Notes: generated from the letters alone by a model not told the origin. Positions 1 through 16,464 are shown, numbered from the stretch's first letter. The stretch: 64,000 bases of DNA from the human T2T-CHM13v2.0 reference genome, Homo sapiens (GCF_009914755.1 NC_060926.1), one strand, 5' to 3'. Made by a program: numbers and translations.

Positions 1-50
1 TCGGTCTCCCAAAGTGCTGGGATTACAGGCGTGAGCCACTGTGCCCAACC
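1..50 (-). mobile_element. Alu 5' end, cut by the window edge
   Basis: cccaaagtgctgggattacaggcgtgagccac. Confidence 0.9.
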
Positions 51-649
51 TAAAGGCAGGATTTTAAACTAGGACTCTATTTACCCGAAAGCCAGGACTT
101 TGTAAGCTATTCTTGGTTGGAAAACCTCTTCCTTTAATCTTAAGAATATGAAGACTCTTAGACCAGAATAGGCAAGTTTATATATAGATATATATAAATA
201 TAATTTTAATACATATATATTTCAGGATTTTTTATGGATATAAAACTGCTTTTTATGGGATAGGATAAATAAGATTTTTAACAGAACAGCCAATGTACCA
301 TATGTTTCTTACAACAATGTGTTAGCTGAAGTAGATCCAGCATTTTCACTTCTGGTGATTTATTCTATAAAAAATATGTGCAAAGTGCAAAAGATATGTA
401 TAAGATGTTCACTGTATCATTAATGAAGAGGAACATGTCTACAGTGTTTACCATGTGCCTGATGCTGCTTTAAGCACTTCACATATGAAAATACCCCTTA
501 TTCTCTCAATTTAGGATGCAATATCTTTTAATTTAAACTCTTGCTATTTGCTAATGGCAACTCAGGAAATGGAAAATGCACATAATTCCTTGTTATCAGA
601 CTCAGCCACCCACTCCTCAATTTGGACAATGAGGGACACGTATTAACTC

Positions 650-840
650 GTATAATCCTCGTAACATCCTTAGGAGATGGGTGGTATCATTATCCCCATT
701 TTACTGATGAGAGGGATAAAGTTCAGAGAGGTTGAATTAGATGCCCATGATTACCTAATTAGTTCATGGGCCATGGAGATGAATTTGATCCAGGCAGCCT
801 GGCTCAAAACTTCACGCTGTTAATGACTCCACTCACTGCC
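650..840 (-). mobile_element. MIR (SINE) fragment
   Basis: attatccccattttactgatgag...agagaggtt...gaatttgatccaggcag MIR core. Confidence 0.7.
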
Positions 841-1404
841 TCTTGTTGTCTATCTGGTGAACAACTGTCATAAAACCAAACATCTACTACTAGAGAGCAC
901 AGGATATTAAATTCTAAAAGCCACATAAGGAATAACAAGTATCTACTTACTGACATGGAAACGTACATACAATATATTGATTGGGTTCATAAAAGGGAAG
1001 CTGCAGAGCTACTGGCCTGACTCTACTGACAAACAACTGTGTAGGAAAATAACATTTGAGGAAATACAAAAAAAAAAAAAAAATAAGATAAATATAAATA
1101 AAACTATGAACAGTGGCTGTTATCATACACAATTAGTCTTGTCAGTCTATCTTATACTTTTATGAATATGTGCTGCTTTTATAAACTCACAATAATTTTA
1201 AGAAAAAAAGATACATATAAGAAAGGTTAATGGTAATGGTAGTTTATGAATATTTCCTTCCAACTTTCTCAGTTTTCTCTCAAAAGGCATTTATTTCTTT
1301 TAAAAAGGAGAGAAATTAAACTTACACTGTTACTGAAATTTTCCACAAACTTCAAAGTTTTTTTTATTAACTATTTTTTATTAAATTAGGAATGGGAGAC
1401 CAAA

Positions 1405-1652
1405 AATAGTAGCTCACACCTGTAATCCTAGCACTTTGGAAGGCTACGGTGGGAGGACCATTGGAGACCAATCTAGACAACATGAGACCCCATCTCTACA
1501 AAAATTTTTGAGAAAATTAGCCAGGCATGGTGATGCATGCCCGTAGTCCCAGCTACTCAGGGGGCTGAGGCAGGAGGACTGCTTGTGCCCAGGAGATTGA
1601 CGCTGCAGTGAGCCATGACTGCACCACTGCAGTGAGACTGTCTCAGAAAAAA
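1405..1652 (+). mobile_element. Alu (AluJ-like, internal deletions)
   Basis: Diverged Alu dimer. Confidence 0.85.
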
Positions 1653-1899
1653 GCGGTGGGGGGGTGCGGGGTCCATGTGATAAGCTGCCATTCGCTGGTC
1701 TCTCCTCTGATATGAATGTTGTTGACCATCCACAATAAAGAAAGGTAATGTGGGTTTTAAACTTTGGACAGTTGAAAATAATCTAGTCCTCTTAAATGGT
1801 TCTAATTTAGTTCATATAAAGTAAGTTACGAGGCATATGCTAACTGAATCATCTCTATTTGTTGTGTTCTCATCACCCTAACCTGTGAATGTTGGCTCA

Positions 1900-2230
1900 A
1901 TTCTTATACTTCTTTTTTTTTTTTCCATCTACACCCATTCCCTTGATGATCTCATTCAATATCATGGTTTTAAGTATCATCTCTGTTGATGACATTTAAG
2001 TTTGTACCACTATTCCACTGAACTCTGCTGCACTATTCCACTGAACTCTGAATGTTTATCCATTATCTTCACTTATAAAAGCATCTTCACTTATAAGTCT
2101 TATAAGCATCTGAAATATGTTGGAAAGGGAATTTCTGACCGCCTCTTCTACTCCTTCTGTGCTCCTCTCATGGTTTAGTAAACACGTTTCTTTTAAACGC
2201 CTCTCTTTATCCTCACACTCTACACATCTG
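1900..2230. mobile_element. L2-like fragment with local micro-duplications
   Basis: tgatctcattcaatatcatggttttaagtatcatctc resembles the L2 3' region. Confidence 0.5.
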
Positions 2231-2290
2231 ATTTATGTGCAAAATAACTATGACATGATGCCTTTGTACCTCTGGCCCCATTCAGCATGA

Positions 2291-2674
<384 letters not shown>

Positions 2675-3855
2675 TCTATCGTACAGGTTTCTAATGATAT
2701 AAGTTTTTTCATAAACTTCAAGTGGATTCAAATCATCCTTCTACCAACCTCTTACATACTTGCCTGTATTTGTTCTGAATGAAAGAAATGGGATGGAACC
2801 CCAGCTATCCTAACAATCATTGCACATTATGAATTTATGAATGTTCTATATCCGCTTGGTATGTGACAGAGGAAAAACATTTAAGTACTAGGCAGACAAA
2901 GCCTACATACACCAAAGACCTATAGGTAAGAAGGACCTATATACTAGCAGCTACTGTCTACTTTTATACCCCAAAAGATCCCAGGGACATTCATGGGTAT
3001 CATCCTTTGCATAGCATTCTTAAAAGTATTTTAGTAGTACAATCTTTGAAAGTTACTGGTACAGTTAACTGTGAAATTTCCTAACGACAAAATATACTAT
3101 AGCAAATCAAAAGTTTAGCATGCCATTTGTTAACAATAATAAGGGCCCTCCTCCTTAGATAATAATAACTGTACTGATGAATAATGTCAAAAAGTGGTGA
3201 TGTTTATGCCAAGCCTTTCAAATGCACAATTAACACTGTTTTCCTAACCACAGCCAACCATATCATTATTGCAAACTATGATTTTGGAAACTAATGAGTC
3301 AACCTGTGACCTTAGTTCCACTAGCTGCATCCCCTGAGTAGATGATTAGATAAAACCACCTCAAGCCATGCCTTTCATTAACAAAATGTCATTATATCAT
3401 ACCAGAGGCAAATGATTTCCTGCAGATATTTGTTAGAAACAGTTATAGGGTCCTTTAACATTGTAAAACAAACACAATATACTGAACATTTTCGTTTGTA
3501 GATTATATTAGTAAAGAAGTCAGAAATGGCTAGATTAAAAAATTTCTTTGTAGCTTTTCTTTTAACTGTCAATAATTCCTCTAATCTGCTATTACTCAGA
3601 AATTAGCTACCAGGTAAAACAATATTCCGTTAAATTTTCATGTAGCTGTCAAAATCCTGCTATCACCTAATACTAAAACACGATTTCAACAAATATTAAA
3701 CCACTATCACCTAATGATTTTCCTGTGACCATTCTACTTTTCAGAGATCCAATCAAAATTCACACTGTCTGAAGAACTTCAACCATCAGATGATGAACAC
3801 AAATTCCTTATGAAGGTCAAAAGGAGATGCATTCTTAATTTCAGCAAAACCTTAC

Positions 3856-3941
3856 CTTGAAAAACAAAGGTAGAAGCTGAAGTTGTTCTGTAACTGCTGT
3901 AGAAAAGGATCTTCCTGCACTTGCCATCAGCCATTTCAATA
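3856..3941 (-). CDS. PSME4: PA200 exon 41 (86 nt): (I)[28 protein letters not shown]
   Basis: tag acceptor and gtaagg donor. Confidence 0.95.
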
Positions 3942-4109
3942 CTATTTTGAAAACAAAGATGCAGAGTAAGTCTTTGCCATTCATTTACAGACCACAAAGT
4001 AGAACAATATTGTAATGTTATTGTCATACAGCCACTCTGACAGCTCTTCGGTGCTATGAAAGATATCATCTATGTTACTTCATAAATTAGACACTTATTA
4101 AGAAGCAGT

Positions 4110-5350
<1,241 letters not shown>

Positions 5351-5424
5351 AGTGGTGCAAAAAACTCTACAGGATAATCAAATAGATGTTTTCAACTGAG
5401 TTTCTACTAATTTTATCCACTCAC

Positions 5425-5633
5425 TGGTTTTCAAGAGTTTAATGCCCTGAGTTCGCTCATCTTCTTCACCAATTCCATTTTCTTCCATAACATGGTTCTG
5501 AATTTCTTCATCCACATCCATGAGAGGTTTCAATTTCTCCAGAATTCGAGCAGTAAACTCAGGGACATGAGGCGATATGGTTGGTGTGGTATTTGGCAAA
5601 GATACATCTATCATGAATATGTAGGTCAGCACA
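5425..5633 (-). CDS. PSME4: PA200 exon 40 (209 nt): [13 protein letters not shown]...QGIKLLKT
   Basis: ORF 5378..5674; tgcag acceptor and gtgagt donor. Confidence 0.96.
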
Positions 5634-6023
5634 CTGCAAAATAAAATACTTAATAATAGGAAGAGGTGCCACATTATAAATAAAAATGAGGTTCAAAAGT
5701 TATGACCCAATCAAAGTAAACTGTCCCAAGACAATTCCTGGAGTGGGTCTTAGATTATGCCTGTGTGTAAAAGAAGCCTTATAATTAAGGAGTATTAACA
5801 CTTAGGTGTTGTGACTGCTCATCTCTGGCTTCTGAGCACACTGCTGTCCTAGTTTACATTCAGAGTGTTTCATCTTGTTTCCCACGACACAATAGCAAAC
5901 AATTTGAGAAAGACACCATGAAACCCACTGACAACATAACCAGCATGTATTATTACCTATTACAATTTAAAAAAAAACAAACAAAGAACTCGAGAAGTAC
6001 ACCACAGAGAAAACAGTACCTAC

Positions 6024-6155
6024 CTTCCTATTCTTTCTCTGACATTTTTGTAAACCTGGGTGAGTTTGGGTTCCAAGTACTTCAGTAGTCTGTGCAATAG
6101 TTCAGGCACTCTCCATTCTTGCTGGGCAAGGCCACCTTGTAGTACATAAAGTCGA
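6024..6155 (-). CDS. PSME4: PA200 exon 39 (132 nt): [18 protein letters not shown]...YKNVRERIG(S)
   Basis: tttag acceptor and gtaggt donor. Confidence 0.95.
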
Positions 6156-6886
6156 CTAAAATTAAAGCATCGTAGTGTTATATTGGAGGCCCTTTCTGCC
6201 TTTACATATTGACAGTATGGACAGACAATATCTGTATTTCACTTAAAGCTTTTTCGTTTTTTCACTTAATAAATACTACAATATCCACAACTCAAAATAG
6301 CCTCTTTATGAAGATTTTATTTTTCCTATATCATTTTCTCTGTATTTGCATTTCATCCACACTACTAGAAAACTGAAAGAAATACTGACTTAAGAATACT
6401 CACTGACTAATATTTAAACATCACAATTCAAGTTTTCTCATTAATTAAGTGCTTCTTCTTTTTAATGAAATTATCCATATTACTATTGTCTAACTTTCTA
6501 CAGCACCATATGCCCCAAACAAGGCAGTTTTTCCTTGAAATGATTACTCTTTCTTTGTATCTTTTTAACAGGAAAAAGTGAAAAATAAGATGTGATGAAG
6601 ACACAAAAGTACAAAAGACAATTCTGATAAAATATTTGACAGCAAAGAATGCTGACTCTAATTTGTGTTTAAATTGCTCAGGTTGCCTACATCTCACTTA
6701 CTTGTCCAACTAATAAATAACTCTTATTAAGTATCACATGTTATATGGAACCAGATCACATCACCTTCCAGAAGAAAGTAATTACTTCATCTAGACTTTA
6801 CAAGTATAGACCATTCATTTCCATTTATACATAAGTTAACACAAAACCTTTCGTGTTAACCTCATAGGTTTTTTAAAAAAATTTAC

Positions 6887-6978
6887 CATGCATCTACAAA
6901 GGATCCTCCTTCACCACTCAATGGTGATTCCAGCAGCAGTTCAAAAAGCCAGTGAAGTTTCCGGGGATCTCTGCTTTC
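6887..6978 (-). CDS. PSME4: PA200 exon 38 (92 nt): [30 protein letters not shown](C)
   Basis: cag acceptor and gtaaat donor. Confidence 0.95.
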
Positions 6979-7054
6979 CTGTGTTTAAAATATGATGTAA
7001 CAGTTCAACAGAGAACCTACAATTCTGTAAATAAATCATACTCAGTTATTTAAT

Positions 7055-7330
7055 TTAATTTTATTTTTGAGGCTAGGTCTAACTCTGTTGCCCAGGCTGG
7101 AGTGAAGTGGTATGATTGCCTCCCAGGCTCAAGTAATCCACCCGCCTCGGTCTCTCAAGTAGCTGGGACCACAGGCATGCGCCACTATGCCTGGCTAATT
7201 TTTTATTTTTTGTAGAGACAGAGTCTCCCTACGTTGCCCAGGCTGGTCTCCAACTCCTGGCCCCAAGCTATCTTCCTGCCTCGGCCTCCCAAAGTTCTGC
7301 GATTAAAGTTGAGAGCTAGTGCACCCAGCC
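7055..7330 (-). mobile_element. Alu (AluJ-like)
   Basis: Alu consensus on the reverse strand. Confidence 0.88.
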
Positions 7331-7371
7331 ATATTCAATTATTTTAGAAATACTGAAAACATATATAAGTA

Positions 7372-7725
7372 TAGTCGCCCCTTGGTATCTGTGGTGGATT
7401 GGTTCCAGAACTCCCTTAGGATACCAAAATCCACAGATGTTCAAGTCTGTTATGAAAATGGTGTAGTATTTACATATAACCTATGCACATCCTCCTGTAC
7501 ACTTTAAATCTTCTCTAGAGTATTTGTAATACCTAATACAATGTAAATGCTATGTAAATAGCTGTTATACTGTATTGTTTAGGGAATAATGACAAGAAAA
7601 AAAAAATCTGAACAGGTTCACTATAGACACAACCATCCCCCCACCCCCTTCTGAAATATTCTCCATCTCCTCAGGTTGGCTGAAACCACAGATGTGGAAC
7701 TCATGGATATGGAGGGCTGACTGTA
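7372..7725 (+). mobile_element. MER2-like TcMar-Tigger MITE
   Basis: Termini tatagtcgccccttggtatc ... gagggctgactgta; internal gataccaaaatccacagatgttcaagtc. Confidence 0.8.
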
Positions 7726-8269
7726 CAGGAGAAGAAAATCAAACTAAAACTGATAGGTGACTCAAACTCAAATGTGACTATCGCAGTTCAAGTTAACAGT
7801 GAGAAAGCTGTTGTTAGCTAAATGGATTCTCTTCAATCAAAGTACACGAGCTATGGACATATCTGGTATAAAAAATAATACCTATAACTTTGTATTATGT
7901 GGCTTTTACTATATGTAAGTGACATTTCCAAATACATGACTGTCACTTAATTTTAAAATGCATTACCACAGCAGAGAAGATATAATAATCACTTAAGAGT
8001 TACTTCTCAAGACTTATTTGAAAGGCTGAATAGAGCCATCTCCAATTACATAAGATGACAAAAGTATGAACAAACTTTCAAGATTCAAGAAGTGAGTTAC
8101 CTCACTTAGAATAATAGTCTCTAATCCCATGGAAATAAAAAATAAAAACAATTAAAAAACAAAACCCAAAAAGATTTAAGAAGTGTTATGAGATTTCACA
8201 CACTTTGAGAGACAGTATCAAACAGTTTGAATAGATCAGTTAGACAAAGAAAGATGTAGGGTAACTTAC

Positions 8270-8374
8270 ACAGGATGTTGCTATACAAGCTCCCCAGTCA
8301 TTATAAGTTTCTACGGTAATATTGGACAGTGCTGTTCTAAGCAGAGGGCACAGAAGCTCCCAAAGCTTCTCCAC
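8270..8374 (-). CDS. PSME4: PA200 exon 37 (105 nt): [35 protein letters not shown]
   Basis: tag acceptor and gtaagt donor. Confidence 0.95.
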
Positions 8375-8484
8375 CTACTCAAAACAAAATATATGGGTAA
8401 GAGTTAATGACACTCAGAACATTTTTCTTCAAATATCTTTCTTTACCTGGAAATGTACACACATACAGGTATATCATTTAAATT

Positions 8485-8773
8485 ATTTTTGAGACATGGT
8501 CTCATGCTATTGCCCAGGCTGGAGTGCAGTGGAATGATCATACCTCGATGTAGCCTTAGGCTTCTGAGCTCAAGTGATCCACTCGCTTCAGCCTTCCAAG
8601 GAGCATGGACTATAGGTGTGTGCCACTATGCCCTGAAATATTTTTTATGTTTTGTAAAAACAGGATCTTGCTATGTTGCCCAGGCTGGTCTTGAACTCCT
8701 AGCCTCAAGCAATCCTCTCACCTTGGCCTCCCAAAGTGCTGGAATTATAGGCATGAGCTAGCATGCCTGGCCC
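8485..8773 (-). mobile_element. Alu (AluJ-like)
   Basis: Alu consensus on the reverse strand. Confidence 0.9.
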
Positions 8774-8898
8774 TAATTATTTTTTAGAGCACCCAAATAA
8801 TCCAGCAAAGTACATTATCACCATACATATCCAGGTATAGGTGAAATTTTTTCCCAAAAAATATTCAGAAAAGAGTAAATACTTTGCATGGCGCTTTA

Positions 8899-9281
<383 letters not shown>

Positions 9282-9449
9282 TCAAGTTTTCCATGTTTAT
9301 CAAGATCATTTGATTAAACCTTAAAGAGGCAATGACATTTTAATTTAATTTAGTAATCAGCCTGAGATATAATCTTCAAATTCCAAGTCTTGGATAAATA
9401 GCCCATAAAAACATGTACGTCGTACAGAGACTGCATTTACACACATAGA

Positions 9450-9595
9450 TTTTCTCATAGGTTAATGAGCATACAAATCACCTTGAGGTCTTGATAAAAT
9501 GCAGATTGATTCATGTCAAGTGGGCCTGAGATCTTACTTTCCTAAAAAGCTTCCAAGTGCTACCCCTGCTGCAGGTCCATGGACTGTATTTTAGT
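9450..9595. mobile_element. MER5A-like hAT fragment
   Basis: aatcaccttgaggtcttgataaaatgcagatt...ggtccatggac. Confidence 0.6.
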
Positions 9596-9743
9596 TAAAA
9601 AGGATATACCTTGATTTCATCATTACACATTGTGTGCATGTATCAAAATATCACATGTACCCCATAAACATGAACAGTTACTATTATTAATTTTTTAAGT
9701 TCCTAAAAAAATTTTGAATTTTTTTTTTAAAAGAATGAATGAA

Positions 9744-10120
9744 GGCCAGGCACAGTAGCTCACACCTGTAATCCCAGCACTTTGGGAGGCCAAGGTAGGT
9801 GGAGTTCAAGAGCCAGGAGTTCGAGACCAGCCTGGCCACATGGAGAAACCCTGCCTCTATTAAAAATACAAAAATTAGCCTGACAAGGTGGCGCATGCCT
9901 GTAATCCCAGCTACTGAAGGTGGCTGAGGCATTGCTTGAACCCAGGGAGCAGAGGTTGCAGTGAGCAATGATCACACTACTGTACTCCAGCCTGGGCGAT
10001 AGGGCGATAGAGTAAGACTGTCCAAAAAAAAAAAAAAGAGAAGACAGACAGACAAGGAAGATGGACGGACGGATGGACAGACGAAAGGACAGATGGAAGG
10101 AAGGAAGGAAGGAAGGAATT
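9744..10120 (+). mobile_element. Alu (AluS-like) with a compound GACA/GGAT/GGAA microsatellite after the tail
   Basis: Alu at 9744-10038, simple repeats at 10040-10120. Confidence 0.9.
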
Positions 10121-10971
10121 CTTCAATCAGCAGGAAGGGTTTGAGACAAAATTTCCAGTGGCAGCACTGTTTTGATTTTATCAAAAAAAGCTTTATCTCA
10201 AAGAACATATAGGGATAGGAATTATGTTTTGCAAAACAGGTAACTCAAGAGTGGCTTTAGTAATGTAACGGATGACAAGAATACATGTGACATTTTAAAA
10301 TAAAATTGTTTCTTGTAGGCAAAAGTGTTTGCAGTCCTCCTAAAAGGTGACCAAAAAACCCTATTTGTGTCATCTCTTCGACAAAATAGTGGTCTACCTT
10401 ATGCTCAGGTGGTCCTGACATTTGACCAGGTTATTTTTAGTCTCGTGTATTTTGCTAATGAACTAACCTTAAAGGCAGGTGTGTGAAAACTATATCTTAC
10501 AATTAAAAAGAGGGATACTCTAAAAGGGAGAGTCAAACTCCAACTGTCTAAAAGACTGGACAAGTAATATAAATGATAAGGAGGCTAAGAGAAAGGACTT
10601 AATGAGAAGCTGGAATGGCTTAATGAAGGGAGAAGCACACGTGCACCATCAGCAGAGTGACACAGTGCAATAATGTAGGACCAGTGTTCCAGGATCTTCC
10701 TCTTTTTCAAGAAACTGGAATTCTTTTTTAATTTTTTTTAAATTTTTTCCCCCAATGTGGATAAAAACTTCAAAAATTTAAAGATAGTAAATGTTCCTAG
10801 AGACCATTAGGCTGTAATCTGTAATCAAAAGCAATGTCTACATATCGGCATATTTCATATCACTGAAGATTTCATATTTTAATTATCAGTATCTAATGTG
10901 TTGGGAATTGCCACCAAAATGGGTAACATAGCTTTAACAGGAAATGTTCTGTACAAATATTAATACATCAC

Positions 10972-11124
10972 CTTTTCAAATGTCCAGTGCTTAGAACCTC
11001 TGATTAAACCAGCTATAATTTCTGCAACACATCGCTGGGTGCTTTCATGTGTATCTGCAACCAAATGTTCTAAATGGGGCTTCAGAACTGGCAGGAAGGC
11101 ATCATCAAAATTCCTGAATATACC
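10972..11124 (-). CDS. PSME4: PA200 exon 36 (153 nt): [28 protein letters not shown]...SKHWTFEK
   Basis: tag acceptor and gtgatg donor. Confidence 0.95.
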
Positions 11125-11446
11125 CTATAAAAACAAAGACTGTTCTTCAGTACTCAAATGACTATCATCTCGATTATAATTATGCTTGTAATTATTCTGT
11201 ACATTACTAACGTGCTTAAAAGCTCCAAGCGCACTCCCCTTTAGAACTGCTTTAACAATTGCGGTAAGTTAAAATAGTAAGAATACTGTCATTTTAAATA
11301 TCACATTAAAATGTAACCAATGAAACAAACATTAATAATCTCTCTAAGTATCACACCTCAAAAAAAGCAACTAAACATAAAAAACGCATGCAGTTTTGGG
11401 TATTTTTTTCCTTCTAATGCCAATTACAACAAACATTAAAGATAAA

Positions 11447-11712
11447 TACAGTCATCCCTAGGTGTATGTGGGGAAATGGTTTCAAGATCCCCACCCCAAA
11501 ATACCAAAATGTTCAAGTCCATTACATAAAATGGTATTGTATTTGCATATAACCTATATACATCCTCCTGTATATTTTAAATCATCTTAAGAGTACTTTT
11601 AGGACCTAATACAATGTTTACTAATTGTATTATATATTAATGCTATGTCAATACTGGTTGTAATGTCTTGTTTAGGGAATAACGACAACAAAAGTCTGTA
11701 CATGTTCAGTGT
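11447..11712 (+). mobile_element. MER2-like MITE (partial)
   Basis: Clearly homologous to 7372-7725, e.g. aaaatggtattgtatttgcatataacctat. Confidence 0.75.
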
Positions 11713-11836
11713 AAATTCCAGTGCCATTTTAGATCAAGGCAGATGGCTAGCTTTGATCAAATATTTATAAGTTATGAACCTACGAACTGAATAGTTACTA
11801 AGCATTACAAAGAGGATATGTAAACAATATAGTTAC

Positions 11837-11962
11837 CTTAAAGAGACAAAAACGTCGTGGATTAAACTTATCTTTTCCTTTTCTGTCTTCTAATGATAGA
11901 AAAGTAATTAACTGCTCAACAAATTTAGGATCAGAAAAATGATCAAATATAATCTGTTCTGC
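11837..11962 (-). CDS. PSME4: PA200 exon 35 (126 nt): [14 protein letters not shown]...[10 protein letters not shown]
   Basis: tag acceptor and gtaact donor. Confidence 0.95.
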
Positions 11963-12427
11963 CTATAAAGTTAAAAAAAGAACAATATTCAGCGTTTAAA
12001 ATCCACTTAAATACATGATTCTGAAAAAGTTAAAATTACAAGATTTTGATAGTCAAAAGCAGGCTGTATTTTTGTTTCCATGAATTCTTAGTTCTCATAG
12101 ACTACAGTGATTTCTAAAACCAAGTACCTCCCTCTAAAAATGCTAAAACAGGAAGTTTTCCTTCAGATTCTCAAGTTTGAATCCTATTTCTCACACTGTG
12201 AATTAAAAATCAACAAATGTTCTGCTTGGGAAATGAAGACTGAAAGCCACTGTAACACCTGGTGTGCAATTTGTTAAAATCCCCAAAACTATAAGTCAAG
12301 CCCCAACAAATCACTTCCATATTTACCTAACACCAGAAGTTAAAAGGCAAACTGTTCAGAATCAGAAAAAGTTACAATACCATTAACTCAAGGACCAAGT
12401 ACATAAACTTAAAAACCCTTTCTCAAC

Positions 12428-12734
12428 TTTCTTTTTTTTCTTTTCTTTTTTTGGGACAGGGTCTCACTCTGTCATCCAGGCTGGAGTGCAGTGGTGCGAT
12501 CATGGCTCATTGCAGTCTTGCCTTCCTCGGGTCGGGTAATTTTCCCACCTTAGCCTCCCAAGTAGCTGGGACTACAGGTGTGCACCACTACGCCCAGCTG
12601 ATTTTTGTATTTTTTGTAGAGACAAGGTTTTGCCATGTTGCTCAGGATGGTCTCAAACTCCTGGGCTCAAGTGATCTACCTGCCTCAGACTTCCAAAGTG
12701 TTGGGATTACAGGCATGTGCCATGGCTCCCAGCC
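12428..12734 (-). mobile_element. Alu (AluJ-like)
   Basis: Alu consensus on the reverse strand. Confidence 0.9.
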
Positions 12735-13169
12735 AAGTCAACTTTCAAAGTGAAGTAAATTAAATGAAGTTTAAGGAGTTTTAACTGAAATCTACCAACA
12801 TGCATTTACGGAGATCCCATAATTTATATGCAATAGAAAACTAAAAATCAGTCATTAACTTTTCCTTCAAAACGCTTGTATCAGAACTGATACAAGAAAT
12901 GAGCAGCAAATTACATAAAGCAGTAGCCAACGGAGGGCTGAATGGGGTAGTAACTCAGTCTTAGATACATCAACATCTATGTCAACTGGCACTAGTATGA
13001 AGGGGTTGAGGAGAATGGATTACATAGTCACCAATATTTATGCAGTGCTATACAGAAAAACACAAATTGTATTAAGAAAAAAAAGAAGAAGAAGAACTGA
13101 AGTGAGGTTGAGATAAATCAGTGGCCCAAAACAAGATGCATTTGAACCATGGTGAAATGGAATGCTTAC

Positions 13170-13239
13170 CTCTGTCATATCCTCCCTGCTTCTGCCAAGC
13201 TTAGGCTGCTCTTCCACACCAGCATAAACAACCATATTC
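13170..13239 (-). CDS. PSME4: PA200 exon 34 (70 nt): [23 protein letters not shown]
   Basis: ORF 13038..13235; tag acceptor and gtaagc donor. Confidence 0.95.
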
Positions 13240-13745
13240 CTATATAGTAAGAGTTCATATTTATCATACGCATAGAAAAAAATATTAGAGCTTCATGGAT
13301 AGAAAGCATTAGAAGGCACTTTTAATGAACTCTAACTAGATGCTAAGTTTGGGGAGATGAGTACAGCAGTAACAGTCTAGGCCTTAAAAATCTATCAGAT
13401 CACTGTGTCCTAATGACAAATGGAGTAAATAAGGAGAGAAAAATATGTATTTCTCTGGGCTGGTTTAGGCATATGTATTATTAATAGGTAGGAATATAAT
13501 TTAGAGCAGCTATTAATAACCTCCTTAGCCATATAACCATGGGATTCAGAAAGGCTAAGGGTTTTTGCACAAGGAAAGAGGCAGGAATGAGGCATAGCAT
13601 TGGCAGGAGCAAAAGAAAGAGAGGACTAGGGAAGGGGAAAGATAAAAGAATCTTCAAGTGCCTCTGAACCTCCCCAGAAACCAAAATATGATAAAGCAGT
13701 TATATCAAAGGCATTTAATGATAAGGTGCACAGTAAGTTACTTAC

Positions 13746-13899
13746 TTTGGCCAGGTGTAGTATCCCCAGTGAGTTTTTTCCACAAAGCAACTTGACTCCC
13801 ATTCTTTTTTAGTTCTTGGTATAGTTTTGCTGTCATAATGCAACCAATGATTATCAGGCCTATCACCAGCAATAATTTGGGTGGGTTTAGGGCATCCAC
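13746..13899 (-). CDS. PSME4: PA200 exon 33 (154 nt): [18 protein letters not shown]...[10 protein letters not shown](K)
   Basis: ORF 13742..13960; cttag acceptor and gtaagt donor. Confidence 0.96.
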
Positions 13900-14966
13900 C
13901 TAAGGAAAAGACAATCACATTTGATGAATTTAAAAATATTCGCCCAACAATTATTACCAAATTTCAATCAACAGTACCAGCGTAACTTTGTCTTCACAAA
14001 ACAACACTATAAAAATAACATTAAGATAACATATATATGAGCAATTGGAGGCACATTTCAAAACAGAGTAGATGGCATTATCTACTAAATTGTGTTGAAT
14101 CAGTTATTTTGGGGGAGAGATCAAGTATGAAACACACTTCATTCCTTTTACCAAAATTAAAAGGATTAATTTTGTTTAAACTATTTAGATTTGAAATAAT
14201 AATTTCAGACTTACAGAGCTCAAAAAATTCCCACATCTTTTACTGAGACACCCAAATTTTGACATTTTACCATGCATACTTTGATATTCTCTCTCTCTCC
14301 ACACATACTTATCTAAACTATGAGTATAAACTGTAGACATCATCTCAAATAATCAAAATACAATTCTCAAAAAAGCTTTCATTAATACAGTAAAATTATT
14401 TCATCAACAGACTTTACTCAAATTTTGACAGTTGTCCCACTGAATGTACTTTATATGAAAAAAATTAAAACATTTTCTTCTGGACTATAATCCAATCCAG
14501 GATTAAACATTGCATTAAAGGAAACTAAAGATACCATACAATTTAAATGTAATGTTTTAATCCTGGATTGGAGACCAGAAAAAAATGGTTTTTTCTTCTG
14601 AAAAATTCTGGTAATACAATAAGGTATGAGGAAGAAAATTCACCTTGTCCCTAATCCCACCACCCAAAGAGAAACATTTAACAAATTAATAACAGCAATT
14701 TAAGTCTTTGAAATACAGTTGATAAAATAATTAGTATAATTGCTTAGTAGGTGAGATAAATATGAAGGCAGAAAGAGTCAATCTATTTTTGTAAATAGTT
14801 ATCACTAGCTTTTACTAAGTCAACTGTTTCCTTCATAATATTATTTATATTTTGTGTTAATATCCATAGAACAATATTTGAGGTCAAGAACTAGAATTTA
14901 TACATGTCAAGAAAATTTTCTGAGTTTTATTGGAAAGCACTATTAATTACTTCTGGTAGTACTCAC

Positions 14967-15048
14967 TGATTTCACAGGGGTTAATGGTCAGCTTTTTGTG
15001 GGTTCTTTTTAGCTGTTTAAGGATACCAGCAACAGCTGAGATAGCCAT
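14967..15048 (-). CDS. PSME4: PA200 exon 32 (82 nt): [27 protein letters not shown]
   Basis: tctag acceptor and gtgagt donor. Confidence 0.95.
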
Positions 15049-15267
15049 CTAGAAAAGGAAAAAGGTACACATTCATAAAAAAAAGTTTAAATCACTTAAC
15101 TGGTTGTCTGCTTTACTCAAAGCAGAAATAGGATTCTGTTTCTTTAAAAAAACACCTCGCCTATCGACATCTGGCAGTACATCCATGTGAGTGCTAAATC
15201 TGACTTAGAATGAATCATAGGCAGTTCTTACTCTACAGTCTTGACACATGCTAGTCTCTCTGCCTAG

Positions 15268-16163
<896 letters not shown>

Positions 16164-16464
16164 CTTAAAAGGAGGAAAAATAACAAAGCATATCACACAT
16201 AAAACCACTTGGAAAAAAAAAACTGTATGTGAAACACCTTATAATTTTAAATTTCTCAAGAATTAAAATAGGTCTAGTGAAGAACACTGCTCCTATCATT
16301 AATCCCAAACTTTCCCTCCATCTCTTTTCCTCTTAATCTGCTTCCAAATACACAAACCGGAATATAACTTTTTGTGACATAGTCATTCATAGCCTTCCAT
16401 GTAGAAAACTCCTATAGTATTTATGAAAAATGCTGTGAGAATTACAAAAATCTTTTGCACTTAC

